A DNA stretch of 59,089 nt. Origin: Candidatus Methylomirabilota bacterium (GTDB lineage: Bacteria > Methylomirabilota > Methylomirabilia > Rokubacteriales > CSP1-6). A model generated the notes under the pieces. That model saw nothing but the letters and a program-made list of their open reading frames with translations, searched no databases and was not told where the DNA came from. How positions within the stretch are numbered: the first letter of the stretch is position 1; each line of letters opens with the position of its first letter. The stretch covers positions 1-59,089 of the forward strand of contig JBKPAK010000097.1 of the NCBI GenBank assembly GCA_046726415.1. The letters are read 5' to 3'. A program made the position numbers and the translations under genes. Below are positions 30,457 to 40,064 of this stretch, in pieces.

Positions 30457-30900
30457 TCACTTCCCCACACGCTCGATCGTGACTTTCAGCGAGCCGGACA
30501 CCTTGAGCGCTTCGATGCCCGAATCGATCCGGCCCAGCGTGATGAGCCTTCTCGAGTAACCGAAATCCTTGTAGAAGATTGCGAGGTTGCCCCAGGGGGC
30601 GTAGTAGGCGATATCGCCCACGGAAGGATCGACGCCCGCGGGAGCGCCGGCTGTCGACAGCTTCCTTGGCGGATAGCCGATCTTCTCGGTGGAGGCGTAG
30701 TCCTCGAGCGTCAGCGTCATCGGAAGCAGCGAAAGAAAGTCCCGGGCTGTCGCGTTGTCCAGCAACGCTGCCTCGACGGCTTTGCCATCGAACGTGAGAC
30801 GGATCTTCATCGTGCCTGCCTCCTGGCCCGATACTGCCGGTCCGAAGACGAGCGATAACGCGACCACGATCCAGCCGACTCGCATGCCCATGCCTGCCAC
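30457..30900 (-). CDS. Cyclophilin-like fold protein, exported
   Basis: Signal peptide, [31 protein letters not shown]. Confidence 0.82.
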   Translation of the reverse strand: MAGMGMRVGWIVVALSLVFGPAVSGQEAGTMKIRLTFDGKAVEAALLDNATARDFLSLLPMTLTLEDYASTEKIGYPPRKLSTAGAPAGVDPSVGDIAYYAPWGNLAIFYKDFGYSRRLITLGRIDSGIEALKVSGSLKVTIERVGK

Positions 30901-30918
30901 CTTTCGTGCCCGTGCGCC

Positions 30919-31401
30919 CTATCGTTTCCTGTACTGCTCGTCGCTGACTTTCTCCAGCCAGTCCACGTTCTTGCCCCCGACCGTTCCCGTCAGTGCGATG
31001 TGCGTCAGGGCGGTGGTCGGCGTCGCGCCGTGCCAGTGCTTGACGCCCGGCGGACACCAGACGACGTCACCGGCGCGGATCTCCACGATCGGCCCGCCCC
31101 ATTCCTGGGTCCAGCCCACTCCGGAGGTGACGATGAGGTGCTGACCCCCGGGATGCGTGTGCCAGGCAGACCGGGCGCCCGGCTCGAACGTCACATAGGC
31201 CCCGGAGAAAGGCGCCACATCCTTGGCGGCAAACAACGGATCGACACGGACATTGCCGGTGAAGTACTCGGCCGGGCCCGTGGCGGCAGGCCGGGACCCC
31301 GCACTGGACACGGTCTGGGACGCGGCGAGTGTGTTGGCCGCCGGCGCAACGGCGGCCCACGCGAGGAGCAACAACGATGCAGGCAGTGTCGCGCTTCTCA
31401 T
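30919..31401 (-). CDS. Cupin domain protein, exported
   Basis: [25 protein letters not shown]. Confidence 0.87.
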   Translation of the reverse strand: MRSATLPASLLLLAWAAVAPAANTLAASQTVSSAGSRPAATGPAEYFTGNVRVDPLFAAKDVAPFSGAYVTFEPGARSAWHTHPGGQHLIVTSGVGWTQEWGGPIVEIRAGDVVWCPPGVKHWHGATPTTALTHIALTGTVGGKNVDWLEKVSDEQYRKR

Positions 31402-31465
31402 GCCTCTCTCCTTCTCGTCACGGCCGCAGCGGCGTCTTGATCCCCGAGCGTGTTGGCGGCGAACA

Positions 31466-32243
31466 TCACTGCACCGTTTGGCCGCCGTCGATGACCAGGG
31501 CGTGCCCGACGACGAAGGCGGCCGTATCCGAGCACAGCCAGACGACGGCCGCTGCGATCTCCTCCGGCTTCCCCATGCCGTCCGACCGGCTCCTCCGCGA
31601 TCACCTTCGCGCGCCCTTCGGGCGTGCCCCCGGTGAAGCGACCCATCATCGGGGTGTCGATGTACCCGGGGCAGACGGCGTTGATGCGGATGTTCTTGGC
31701 GGCGTAGTCCAGGGCCGTCGCCCGGGTGAGGCCGATCACGCCGTGCTTCGCAGCGGTGTACGCGGGGCTGCCCTTGATGCCGATGACCCCGGCGCCCGAG
31801 GAGGTGTTCACGATCGCCCCTCCGCCCTGCTCGAGGATCAGCGGGATTTCGTGCTTCATGCAGAGGAAGACGCCGCGGAGGTTGGTGTCGATGATCCGGT
31901 GCCACTCGTCCTCCTCGTACTCCGCGGTCGGAGCCGGTTTCCTCGGCTCGATGCCCGCGTTGTTGAAGGCGAAGTCCAGCCGCCCGAACGCGTCAACGGT
32001 CTTGGCCAGGGCCGCCTTCACGTCTTCGGCCCGCGTCACGTCGCACCGGACGGCGACCGCCCACCCGCCTTGCTCCTCAATCAGGCGGGCCGTTTCCTGG
32101 TTGCCCTGCTCGGAGACGTCGGCAACCACCACGCCGGCCCCTTCGCGGGCGAACGCCAGGGCCGCCGCACGGCCGATGCCACTCGCGGCGCCGGTGACAA
32201 AGGCCACCTTGCCTGTGAAGTCTCCGTTCTTGTTAGTTGTGAT
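31466..32243 (-). pseudogene. SDR oxidoreductase; frameshift near 31577, apparent ATC in place of start codon
   Basis: TGAASGIG, NNAG, YTAAK; C-terminus MGKPEEIA...DGG lies in another frame; GAGG precedes ATC at 32243. Confidence 0.82.
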
Positions 32244-32372
32244 TGCTGATCCTCGTAGTTCCTTGTCGGCAGCGCCGGTCGTCGCGGCCACGATTTCATC
32301 GAACGCCCGATGCGCGGGCCCGTCCAATATCTGTTTCGACACGACTCATTCGCCGGCAGATATCATTCCGGG

Positions 32373-33272
32373 GTGGAGCTCCGACACTTCCGGTCCTTTC
32401 TCGCCGTGGCCGAGGAGCTGCATTTCGGCCGCGCGGCAGCGCGCCTGCACATCTCGCAGCCGCCACTGAGCCAGCAGATCCGCCGCCTCGAGGACGAGAT
32501 CGGGGCGCGCCTGTTTCGCCGGACGAACCGACGGGTGCAGCTCACGCCGGCGGGGCGGGCATTTCTCGCCGAGGCGCGCCAGGCCATCGCGTCGGCCGAG
32601 CGCGCGGTCGACGCCGCGCAACGCGCGGACCGAGGAGAACTCGGGGAACTGGTCGTCGGCTACGTCACGTCCGCCACGTATGGACCGCTCCCCGACGTGA
32701 TCCGAATGTTCCGTAAGCGACTTCCGGAGGTTGAGCTCAAACTGCACAACCTGAGATCGGTGCACCAGTCGCAGGCACTGCTCGACCGGCGGATCGACGT
32801 CGGTCTCGTCCGGCCACACGCTGCCGATTCACGTATCGTGTATGAGGCGCTGTGGCGGGAGCCGGTCGTCGTCGCTCTCCCGAGTGACCACCCGCTGGCC
32901 CACCGGACAGCCGTCGACATCGCCGACCTTGCGACCGACATCTTCCTCATTGCTCCCGCGGAAGATGCAGCCGCGTTCCACGACGACGTGTTGGCGCTGT
33001 GCCGGAGAGCGGGCTTCACACCTCGTGTCGACGTCGGGGTTCCCGACGTCCAGGCGGCGATCGCGCTGGTCGCCGCGGGACTCGGCATCAACCCGGTCGC
33101 GGCCGCAGTTCAGAGATTCAGACGAAGGGGCGTCGTCTATCGCCCGCTACGACCACGCAGTCTAAGGATCGAGCTGGGCCTCGCGTGGCGACGCGACGAC
33201 GACTCCGCCCTCGTGCAGCAGTTCAGGCGAGTCGCACGCGAGACGGCCCGGCGCGTGGAGCGGCGCAGGTGA
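32373..33272 (+). CDS. LysR family regulator
   Basis: ELRHFRSFLAVAEELHFGRAA HTH; divergent from SDR operon. Confidence 0.92.
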   Translation: MELRHFRSFLAVAEELHFGRAAARLHISQPPLSQQIRRLEDEIGARLFRRTNRRVQLTPAGRAFLAEARQAIASAERAVDAAQRADRGELGELVVGYVTSATYGPLPDVIRMFRKRLPEVELKLHNLRSVHQSQALLDRRIDVGLVRPHAADSRIVYEALWREPVVVALPSDHPLAHRTAVDIADLATDIFLIAPAEDAAAFHDDVLALCRRAGFTPRVDVGVPDVQAAIALVAAGLGINPVAAAVQRFRRRGVVYRPLRPRSLRIELGLAWRRDDDSALVQQFRRVARETARRVERRR

Positions 33273-33286
33273 TCGCCGTCTGAGGG

Positions 33287-36200
33287 TCACTCGCCCTTTT
33301 CGAGCCGCTCCAACCAGTACGCCATGCCCATCTCGAGATACATCGCCCTCGCAGCCGTGAGATGCTCCTCCACCTGCCCGAGATTGCCCGTCCGCTGGTA
33401 GAGCCTTCCGAAGCCGGCATGACAGTGGGCCACGAGCGGGCGCATCTCCAACTCCGACGCCAGCGTCATTGCCGCACCGTAGTGCGCCGTGGCCGCCTCC
33501 ACATCGGGATGGGCGCGATGCGAGGTGACGTCGCCCAGGAGGCGGAGGGTCCATGCCTCGTAGCCGCGTTCACCGCGGTCCCGAGTGAGTCTCAACGCGC
33601 GCTCGGCACACGCCCGGGCGTTGTCGACCTGATCCGCGAGCAGATACGCCTCACCAAGGTGCTCGACACTGAGCGAGTGATAGACGCCAACCCCTATGGA
33701 TTCATAAGTAGCCAACGCCTGTTGCAGGCAGGAGACGGCCTCGGCACTGCGTCCGGACGGCGCGTACGCGTGTCCGAGAGCAGCCAGCACGACCGGAGTA
33801 TGACTCGTGATGTTCCACTCACGGCACAGTGCGACCGCGCGTTCGAGCAGAGGGACGGCCTCGGTCAGCTCTCCCCTGAGGCACTTCACATACGCGAGAT
33901 CGAACCATCCGAGGAGAACGCTGAACGGGTGATCGAGCGCTTCGGCGAGCCGGCTCGCCTCTCGTCCGTGCGCATCTGCCTCGTCGAAGAGGCCGCGTTC
34001 GGCGAGGGCGCGCGCCAGATACGCACGAGCCACGACAGCAGGAAAGGCCGCGAGGCCAAACCGCTCACGCGTCGGTTGGTCGTCCAGCCACTGCACGAAT
34101 GTCCGGCACACATGCTCCGTCGCGCGATAGTCGCCTGAGAGGTACGAGGCGCCGGCAAGGTAGTACTGAACGGCGGTCCGGAGCGGAACGTCGCCGAGAC
34201 GTTCAGCGATGCCCTCGACCGCTAGCGCAAACCTGCGCACCTCCCTCACGTGACCGCCGGTGTGCCAGTGATGGCCGCTCATATACATCGAGACCCACCC
34301 GATTCGTCGCGGATCGTCGAGCGTTCTGGCCAACGCTTCGGCTTCCTCGAGATACCTCCAGATCCTCGTGAGCTCGTTCAGCGGGAAGAGCGACTGACGA
34401 AGGTCGAGACGAAGATCGATCGCGCACTCGATTTTCTCGCGCGTCTCGGGCAGCGGCTGCAAGGCCGCCAGCGCCTGTTCGAAGCGGCTCGCCGCCTCGC
34501 GGTGGGCCGAGTGGGCGAGGGCCTTGGCGCCGGCCTGTCGGAGGTACGTCACCGCCTTGTCCCAGAGTTCGCCCCGGAAGGCGTGGTGAGCCAAGCGCTC
34601 GACCTGCTCGGCCAGGCGGTCTGGGTAGAGAGTTTCCAGCGCTTCGACAATCCGCCCATGCAGCGCGCGCCGGCGGTCCTGGAGCACGCTCCCATAAGCG
34701 ACCTCGTGGGTGAGCGCGTGCTTGAAGGTGTACGCGAGATCCGGGAACACGCTCGTCTCGTAGAGGAACTCGGCCGCCTGAAGCCCGGTGAGCGCGCGAC
34801 GAAGATCCTCTTCAGGCATGTCGGAGATCGCTCGGAGGAGGGTGAACGGCACATCCTTGCCGATGACCGAGGCAGCCTGAAGCAGTCGCTTGTCCTCGGG
34901 TGGCAGTCGGTCGATCCGCGCGGCAAGGACTGCCTGGACCGTCGCGGGGATCTGCTGCAGCTCTGGCGCGTTCGTTATCCGGTAGGCTGCCGGATCCCCG
35001 ACGAGCACCCCAGTCTCCACCAGGGTCTGCACGGTCTCCTCGAGGAACAAGGGGTTGCCCTCGGTGCGCTCGATCAACACGCGCTTGAGCGCCTCGAGGT
35101 TCTCGTCATGTCCGAGGAGTGCGGTAAGCAACTCCTCAGCGCTCTCGGCTGGCAGCGGATCGATCCTGAGCTGGATGTAGTAGGTCTTGCTCGCCCAGGT
35201 GTGCTGGTACTCGGGACGGTAATCGACGACAAGCAAGACGCGCGCGGTCGGCAGGCTTTCGACCAGGGCATCGAGCAACGCCTGGCTCTCGGAGTCGATC
35301 CACTGGAGGTCGGCGACGGTCAGGAGGAGCGGCTGGACCTGACTTTCCCGGAGGAGCAGCCGCTTGACCGCGTCCAGGATACGCTGCCGGCGTTGCGGAG
35401 GGTCGAGAGCGTCCCACGCGGCGTCGGGGACTGGCATGTCGAACAGAGCCAGCAGCGGCGTCAAGAGCGGCTCCAGCGTCCGGTCGAGTGTGAGGAGTTT
35501 GTCCGCCACGCGCTCGCGAACCCGCCGCGGGTCGTCGCGCTCCTCTATTCCGAGATAGGCCTCCAGAAACTCGATGACGTGGAGGTACGGCGTACCCCTC
35601 GCGTACGCCACCGAACGGCTCCGGAGCACGAGCCAGCCATCCGCGTGGTGCGACCGCGTGAACTCCCAGTGGAGGCGGGATTTTCCCACGCCGGCCTCGC
35701 CCACGATCGCGACGACCTGCCCGTGTCCCGCGGCGGCCTGATCGAGCGATCGGCGGAGCACCTCGGTCTCGGCGTCCCGGCCGACGAACCGCGTGAGCCC
35801 ATGCCGTGCGGCAGCTTGCAATCGCGAGCGCGCCGGACCCATGCCGGAGATCTCGAAGACCTCCAGGGGGTCGCTGCGACCTTTCACCGGCACCGGACCG
35901 AGTGGCTTCACCGCGATACGCCCTTCGACAAGATCGAACGTCGCTGGCGCGATTAGCACCGTGCCCGGATGCGCCAGCTGTTCCATCCGCGCCGCGAGGT
36001 GGGTCGTCTCACCGACCGCCGTGTAGTCCATGCGGAGGTCGTTCCCGATCGCGCGGACCACGACCTCGCCGGAGTTGATCCCGACGCGGATCTGCACCGT
36101 CACGCCATGGGCGCGGCGCGCCTCGTCGGCGTATCGGTTGACCGACTCGTGCATCCGCAGCGCGGCATAGCACGCACGGAGGGCGTGGTCTTCGTGCGCG

Positions 36201-36649
36201 ATCGGCGCGCCGAACAGCGCCATGATGCCGTCGCCCATCACCTGGTTCACCGTGCCCTCGTAGCGATGCACGGCGTCCATCATGTGCGTCAGCACGGGAT
36301 CGAGGATCTTGCGCGCCTCCTCCGGATCACGGTCGGCGAGCAGCTCCATCGAGCCCTTGAGATCGGCGAACAGGACGGTCACCTGCTTCCGTTCGCCTTC
36401 GAGCGCCGTCTTCGTGGTGAGGATTCGCTCGGCGAGATGTTTCGGCGTGTACGCCTCTGGAGACACGGCGGTCGACGGGCTGGCCGCAGCCCAGGGCGTG
36501 ACTCGCTGACCGCATTCCAAACAGAACTTCGCGGATCCGGGCAGCCCGGTCCCGCAGCTCGGGCAATCGACCACGAGGCGCGTGCCGCACTCCAGGCAAA
36601 ACTTCGCCTGCGCGGGGTTCTCGTGCCGACACTCCGGGCACTGCATCAA
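33287..36649 (-). CDS. Double zinc ribbon-class III cyclase-STAND NTPase-TPR protein
   Basis: Four CxxC, LFADLKGS, MGDGIMALFG, GEAGVGKS, GNPLFLEE, FKHALT, helical repeats. Confidence 0.92.
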   Translation of the reverse strand: MMQCPECRHENPAQAKFCLECGTRLVVDCPSCGTGLPGSAKFCLECGQRVTPWAAASPSTAVSPEAYTPKHLAERILTTKTALEGERKQVTVLFADLKGSMELLADRDPEEARKILDPVLTHMMDAVHRYEGTVNQVMGDGIMALFGAPIAHEDHALRACYAALRMHESVNRYADEARRAHGVTVQIRVGINSGEVVVRAIGNDLRMDYTAVGETTHLAARMEQLAHPGTVLIAPATFDLVEGRIAVKPLGPVPVKGRSDPLEVFEISGMGPARSRLQAAARHGLTRFVGRDAETEVLRRSLDQAAAGHGQVVAIVGEAGVGKSRLHWEFTRSHHADGWLVLRSRSVAYARGTPYLHVIEFLEAYLGIEERDDPRRVRERVADKLLTLDRTLEPLLTPLLALFDMPVPDAAWDALDPPQRRQRILDAVKRLLLRESQVQPLLLTVADLQWIDSESQALLDALVESLPTARVLLVVDYRPEYQHTWASKTYYIQLRIDPLPAESAEELLTALLGHDENLEALKRVLIERTEGNPLFLEETVQTLVETGVLVGDPAAYRITNAPELQQIPATVQAVLAARIDRLPPEDKRLLQAASVIGKDVPFTLLRAISDMPEEDLRRALTGLQAAEFLYETSVFPDLAYTFKHALTHEVAYGSVLQDRRRALHGRIVEALETLYPDRLAEQVERLAHHAFRGELWDKAVTYLRQAGAKALAHSAHREAASRFEQALAALQPLPETREKIECAIDLRLDLRQSLFPLNELTRIWRYLEEAEALARTLDDPRRIGWVSMYMSGHHWHTGGHVREVRRFALAVEGIAERLGDVPLRTAVQYYLAGASYLSGDYRATEHVCRTFVQWLDDQPTRERFGLAAFPAVVARAYLARALAERGLFDEADAHGREASRLAEALDHPFSVLLGWFDLAYVKCLRGELTEAVPLLERAVALCREWNITSHTPVVLAALGHAYAPSGRSAEAVSCLQQALATYESIGVGVYHSLSVEHLGEAYLLADQVDNARACAERALRLTRDRGERGYEAWTLRLLGDVTSHRAHPDVEAATAHYGAAMTLASELEMRPLVAHCHAGFGRLYQRTGNLGQVEEHLTAARAMYLEMGMAYWLERLEKGE

Positions 36650-36667
36650 TCGTCCTCGCGCGGCTCG

Positions 36668-36910
36668 TTACAGAGCCTTCCCCTTCGCCGGCTGTCCCTT
36701 CAGGAGAAACGTCTTTGGAAACTCACCCTCGCCGCAGATCTTGAACGATCCGAAGTCCTTGTACCAGGGGCCGTCCGGAGCCTCAGGGTCGGATTCCCGC
36801 CACAGCTTCAGCTTGTAGAGATCCTCGGCGGTGATCTGACGATCGGCGACGCGATCGAAGAGATGCTGGCGGAGACTCGGTGGAAGATCGGTCCACCGAA
36901 TCTTCGACAT
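36668..36910 (-). CDS. Hypothetical 80-aa protein, candidate toxin
   Basis: Coupled to RHH gene by TAATG overlap; HLFDRxxDRxI motif. Confidence 0.7.
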   Translation of the reverse strand: MSKIRWTDLPPSLRQHLFDRVADRQITAEDLYKLKLWRESDPEAPDGPWYKDFGSFKICGEGEFPKTFLLKGQPAKGKAL

Positions 36911-37167
36911 TAGCCGCCGAACGTCATACGCGCCAGCTCTTCCTTCAAGCGCTCACGCTCGGAGGGGTCGGCCGATTCGGTGAGTCGACTGACGAGCGAG
37001 AAAAACCGTTCCTTCTCGGCCTCTTTGGATTGCAGGCCGGCCTCGATCAAGTCGACGAGTACGCGATTGGCACTCGTCTTCCGCGTCTTGGCCAACGTGC
37101 GCACGCGCTTCGCGATACCAGCGGGGATCGAGACGCTCTGACGGACGGTTCTCTCTGTCTCAGCCAT
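36910..37167 (-). CDS. Ribbon-helix-helix protein, candidate antitoxin
   Basis: Alternating strand VRQSVSI then two helices (…TSANRVLVDLIEAGL); charged helical tail. Confidence 0.72.
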   Translation of the reverse strand: MAETERTVRQSVSIPAGIAKRVRTLAKTRKTSANRVLVDLIEAGLQSKEAEKERFFSLVSRLTESADPSERERLKEELARMTFGG

Positions 37168-37170
37168 AGC

Positions 37171-37203
37171 TGTAGGCTACACCATGATGCACCGCTCTGC
37201 ACC
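37171..37203 (-). promoter_or_regulatory. -10 box plus three GGTG(C/T)A repeats at 10-bp period (putative RHH operator)
   Basis: + strand TACACC 37178, TGCACC 37188, TGCACC 37198; TAGCCT 6 nt before ATG. Confidence 0.55.
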
Positions 37204-37241
37204 GCCCGAGCTGCTCGAGACGTCGTCTGCGAGCCGATTCG

Positions 37242-37273
37242 CAGGTGAGTCTGTGTACAGGTGAGTCTGTGTA
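37242..37273 (+). repeat. Perfect 16-bp tandem duplication
   Basis: CAGGTGAGTCTGTGTA x2. Confidence 0.9.
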
Positions 37274-37347
37274 AATGAAACGGGTTAGCGGCCTGCAACG
37301 ACCGCGTCGTCCGTCATCGGGGCGGTCTTGCTGATGTTCGGCCTGCG

Positions 37348-38929
37348 TCACCGCGCCCGCTCCCGCTCGTGCTCATCGTCACCCAGCCGCCAGACCAGGA
37401 CTCTCCGCTTCCGGTCGTCCTCATGCTCCTGCCCGCGTACCCGGACGTCACGGCCCGGCGCGCCAGCAAGGTCGTCGGTCCGGAACGCGGTGAGCTCTCG
37501 GCCGGTGTCCACGACCGCATGGCGATGCCCAGCGCGATCACGAGCGAAGCCCACGAGGCGACCTCGGTGGATCGCGCCCTCGACCGGTTCCTCGACATTG
37601 AGCGGTCGACCCTTGCGTCGAGGGACCGTCGTAAGAGTGGGCAACCGTGCGGGCTCGGGCACGCGAGCTGGCCGCGCTCCGTCACGGTCACCGGCCCGCT
37701 CGATCGGCTGGAGCGCTTGAACACGGGTCTCGATCATCACCCGGCCTCCCTTCTCGATAGCCTCGGCGCGGAGCGTGACGACGTCGCCGATACGGAGCTG
37801 GCCCAGGCCGCGGGCCCGCTGGACACTTGGTGGCTGCGGTATGTAATGCAGGCGGTCCCGGGTCTCGAGCAGCAAGTACCGCTTGTCTCGGAGTTCGTCC
37901 GCCAGGCCTGTACCCACCAGCCGGCCCGTGATGACCGTGCCGGGCTCGATCTCGGTGACCGCCACCGGGACATGGGGGTCGCGCAGCCGTGCCTGATGCC
38001 GCGCCCGCGTCTTGATGATGTCGCCGTCAATCTGCGCCTGTCGCAGCGTCGTCTCGAGAGGCGGCGAGAGTCGCCACGTTCGCGTCCACACCTTCTCCGC
38101 CAGCCCGAGACCTTCGAGCACCTGAAGGCGTCGCAGCTCCTGCCTCCGGAACTCGCGTGACGCCGGCGACTTCGGCAACCGGCCGTCGATCGTAACGAGG
38201 CCTCGCGTTCCCGCGTGACGGACCAGGGCACGGTCGATCTCGGTGAAGTGGATACGCTCGATGGACTGGCCTCGGGCCTGCACGATCTCGCGCTCCGAGC
38301 GATACCCGAGCGCCTGGGTCGCCAGGTCCTGACTGCGCCGGCGGATCCCCTGCCGCAGGTAGTCGGGATGGATCCGGAGGCCCTGCCCGCAAGCGTCCCG
38401 ACCGCGGACCAGAAGGTGCACGTGGGGGTTGTCGATGTTGTAGTGGTCGATGGCCACCCACTCGAGGCGCGTTCCGAGATCCCGCTCCATGTGGGAGACC
38501 AGCGCCCGCGTGTGCGCCTTGAGGTCGAGGCGCTCGGCGTGCTCGGGGGAGACGATGAACTTCCACAGGCGCTCGTCGTCCGCGCGCTGCCAGCTCCGCA
38601 GGGTCGCCGGCAGATCGAGACCGTCCTGCTCAGCACTGAAGCCGTGGCCTTTGCCGCCCTCGCGCTGCCCCCTCGCGCGCCAGGTATGTCCCGTGCGCCG
38701 CCCACGAGGCGCCCCTGCCGTTCCTGGAGTAGGACGCTTTCACCGTGCTCGGCTGCCAGCGCGGATCGACGCCACCGAGGAACGCGCGGCCGCGGCCGAG
38801 GCGGCTCCCACGATGATGAGCACCCCACCGACTGCGGTGTGCTCGTCGTGGCAAGGGCGGCCGACGACGCCGATGGCGTGAAGCCAGCCGCGCGGCCAGC
38901 TCGAGGTCATCACTCGGGCGTACCATCAC
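37348..38929 (-). pseudogene. VirD2-like/DUF3363 MOBP relaxase, frameshift near 38667
   Basis: HGTYLAREG, WKFIVSPE, MERDLGTRLEWVAIDHYNIDNPHVHLLVRG. Confidence 0.85.
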
Positions 38930-38969
38930 GCGCCGGCCCCGGTGTCGGCGGCTCGCCTGCGGAGCGGCA

Positions 38970-39566
38970 TCAGTCGATCGTCCATACCGGGCGCGCGACC
39001 GCCCACACCTGCGACGTCGAGATCGGTCCGAGGTATCTGCTGTCCCAGCTGTTCGGTACGCGGGTGCTGACGACCCACAGCTCGTCGGCTCCGACGACGT
39101 ACCGCCCCCACGCCACGTGCGGGAGCGCGCGTCCGAGACTGTCGCGGGCCGCAGTAGAGCTTCCGGGAAGAGGCTGACCGTTGACGGTCACCGCCTCGGG
39201 TCCGATGTCGACCACATCGCCTGTGATGGCGACGACGGGCTTCAGTACGGGCTGCACGCCGCCCGCGCACGGCCCGGGGCCGAGGTAGCCTCGTGGGCGT
39301 GCAAGCGCAGCAGCCTGGGCGTCCACACATGCCACGACCCACTCGCCCGGCCCCGGCGGTCCGGCGACCGTTCGGTACAGCCCGCGCGGCGCGCTTGCGG
39401 AGAGATTCACGTGCAGCCCAAGCGTGAGGAGCACGACGAGGAGGACGCCGGCCACATGCAGGGCGACGCCAGCCCGAGCTGCGCTCTGGCTGCGCGCCGA
39501 GCGACACGGGACATGCAGCGCGCGTGCGGGCCAGCCACGAAGTACCCCGGAAAGGGCGTGCTTCAC
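38970..39566 (-). CDS. traF: Conjugative S26 peptidase TraF-like
   Basis: NLSASAPRGLY, LKPVVAITGD, DSLGRAL, SWDSRYLGP. Confidence 0.85.
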   Translation of the reverse strand: MKHALSGVLRGWPARALHVPCRSARSQSAARAGVALHVAGVLLVVLLTLGLHVNLSASAPRGLYRTVAGPPGPGEWVVACVDAQAAALARPRGYLGPGPCAGGVQPVLKPVVAITGDVVDIGPEAVTVNGQPLPGSSTAARDSLGRALPHVAWGRYVVGADELWVVSTRVPNSWDSRYLGPISTSQVWAVARPVWTID

Positions 39567-39667
39567 GACTTCCCCAGACGCGACGCAGACTTGCGTCGTG
39601 CGTGAGGTGAGTTTTTATCTTGCTGTACCATCCGCTTCTTCCTCCCCGCTTCTCTCCCCGGCCCGCG

Positions 39668-39892
39668 CTAACTCCTCATCGGTCCCGTCCCGCGCCCGCG
39701 CCAAGTCTGGACCTCACGGTCGGTCTCGACGAATCGCTGGAGCATCTGCACGACAAGCGACCAGACGTCGATCGGCTGGCCGATCGTCTCGTGGTAGTAG
39801 CTCGTATACGCGGTCAGCGCCGCGTGAAGCTCTCCGGGCACTCGCCCCTTCAGCGATGCCTCCGGGTACGTCTTCACAGGCTTCAGTTTCAT
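39668..39892 (-). CDS. DUF2274 family protein
   Basis: LHAALTAY..YY...LVVQMLQRFVETDR pattern; lies directly after trbI. Confidence 0.72.
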   Translation of the reverse strand: MKLKPVKTYPEASLKGRVPGELHAALTAYTSYYHETIGQPIDVWSLVVQMLQRFVETDREVQTWRGRGTGPMRS

Positions 39893-39990
39893 GGGCGCAC
39901 CGTGTAGGCGTACGGGCCGGGGAACACGAAGTTCTGGGTCACCATCACGTTGAGGCGTAGCCGGCGCGGATCTCGATCGTCGGAGACAAT
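39889..39990 (-). pseudogene. trbI: C-terminal remnant of TrbI/VirB10
   Basis: PTIEIRAGYA/NVMVTQNFVFPGPY* with a 1-bp deletion; ATGA overlap with DUF2274. Confidence 0.7.
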
Positions 39991-40064
39991 GTCACTTCTC
40001 GGGGCATGAGGTCGTTCGACATCTGGCCCAGCTCCTGTCCCACCACGGCGCCCACGACGTCGTC

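Larger units (their letters stand above)
37348..39990 (-). mobile_element. Relic of a P-type conjugative/integrative element
   Basis: trbI remnant, DUF2274, traF and VirD2-like relaxase, all co-oriented. Confidence 0.8.

Noticed and set aside
2239-35956. Long antisense and alternative-frame ORFs (e.g. 2239-4164, 13106-14731, 20465-22468, 22702-24519, 34250-35956)
   Set aside because: Shadow ORFs expected from high-GC codon bias opposite well-supported genes.
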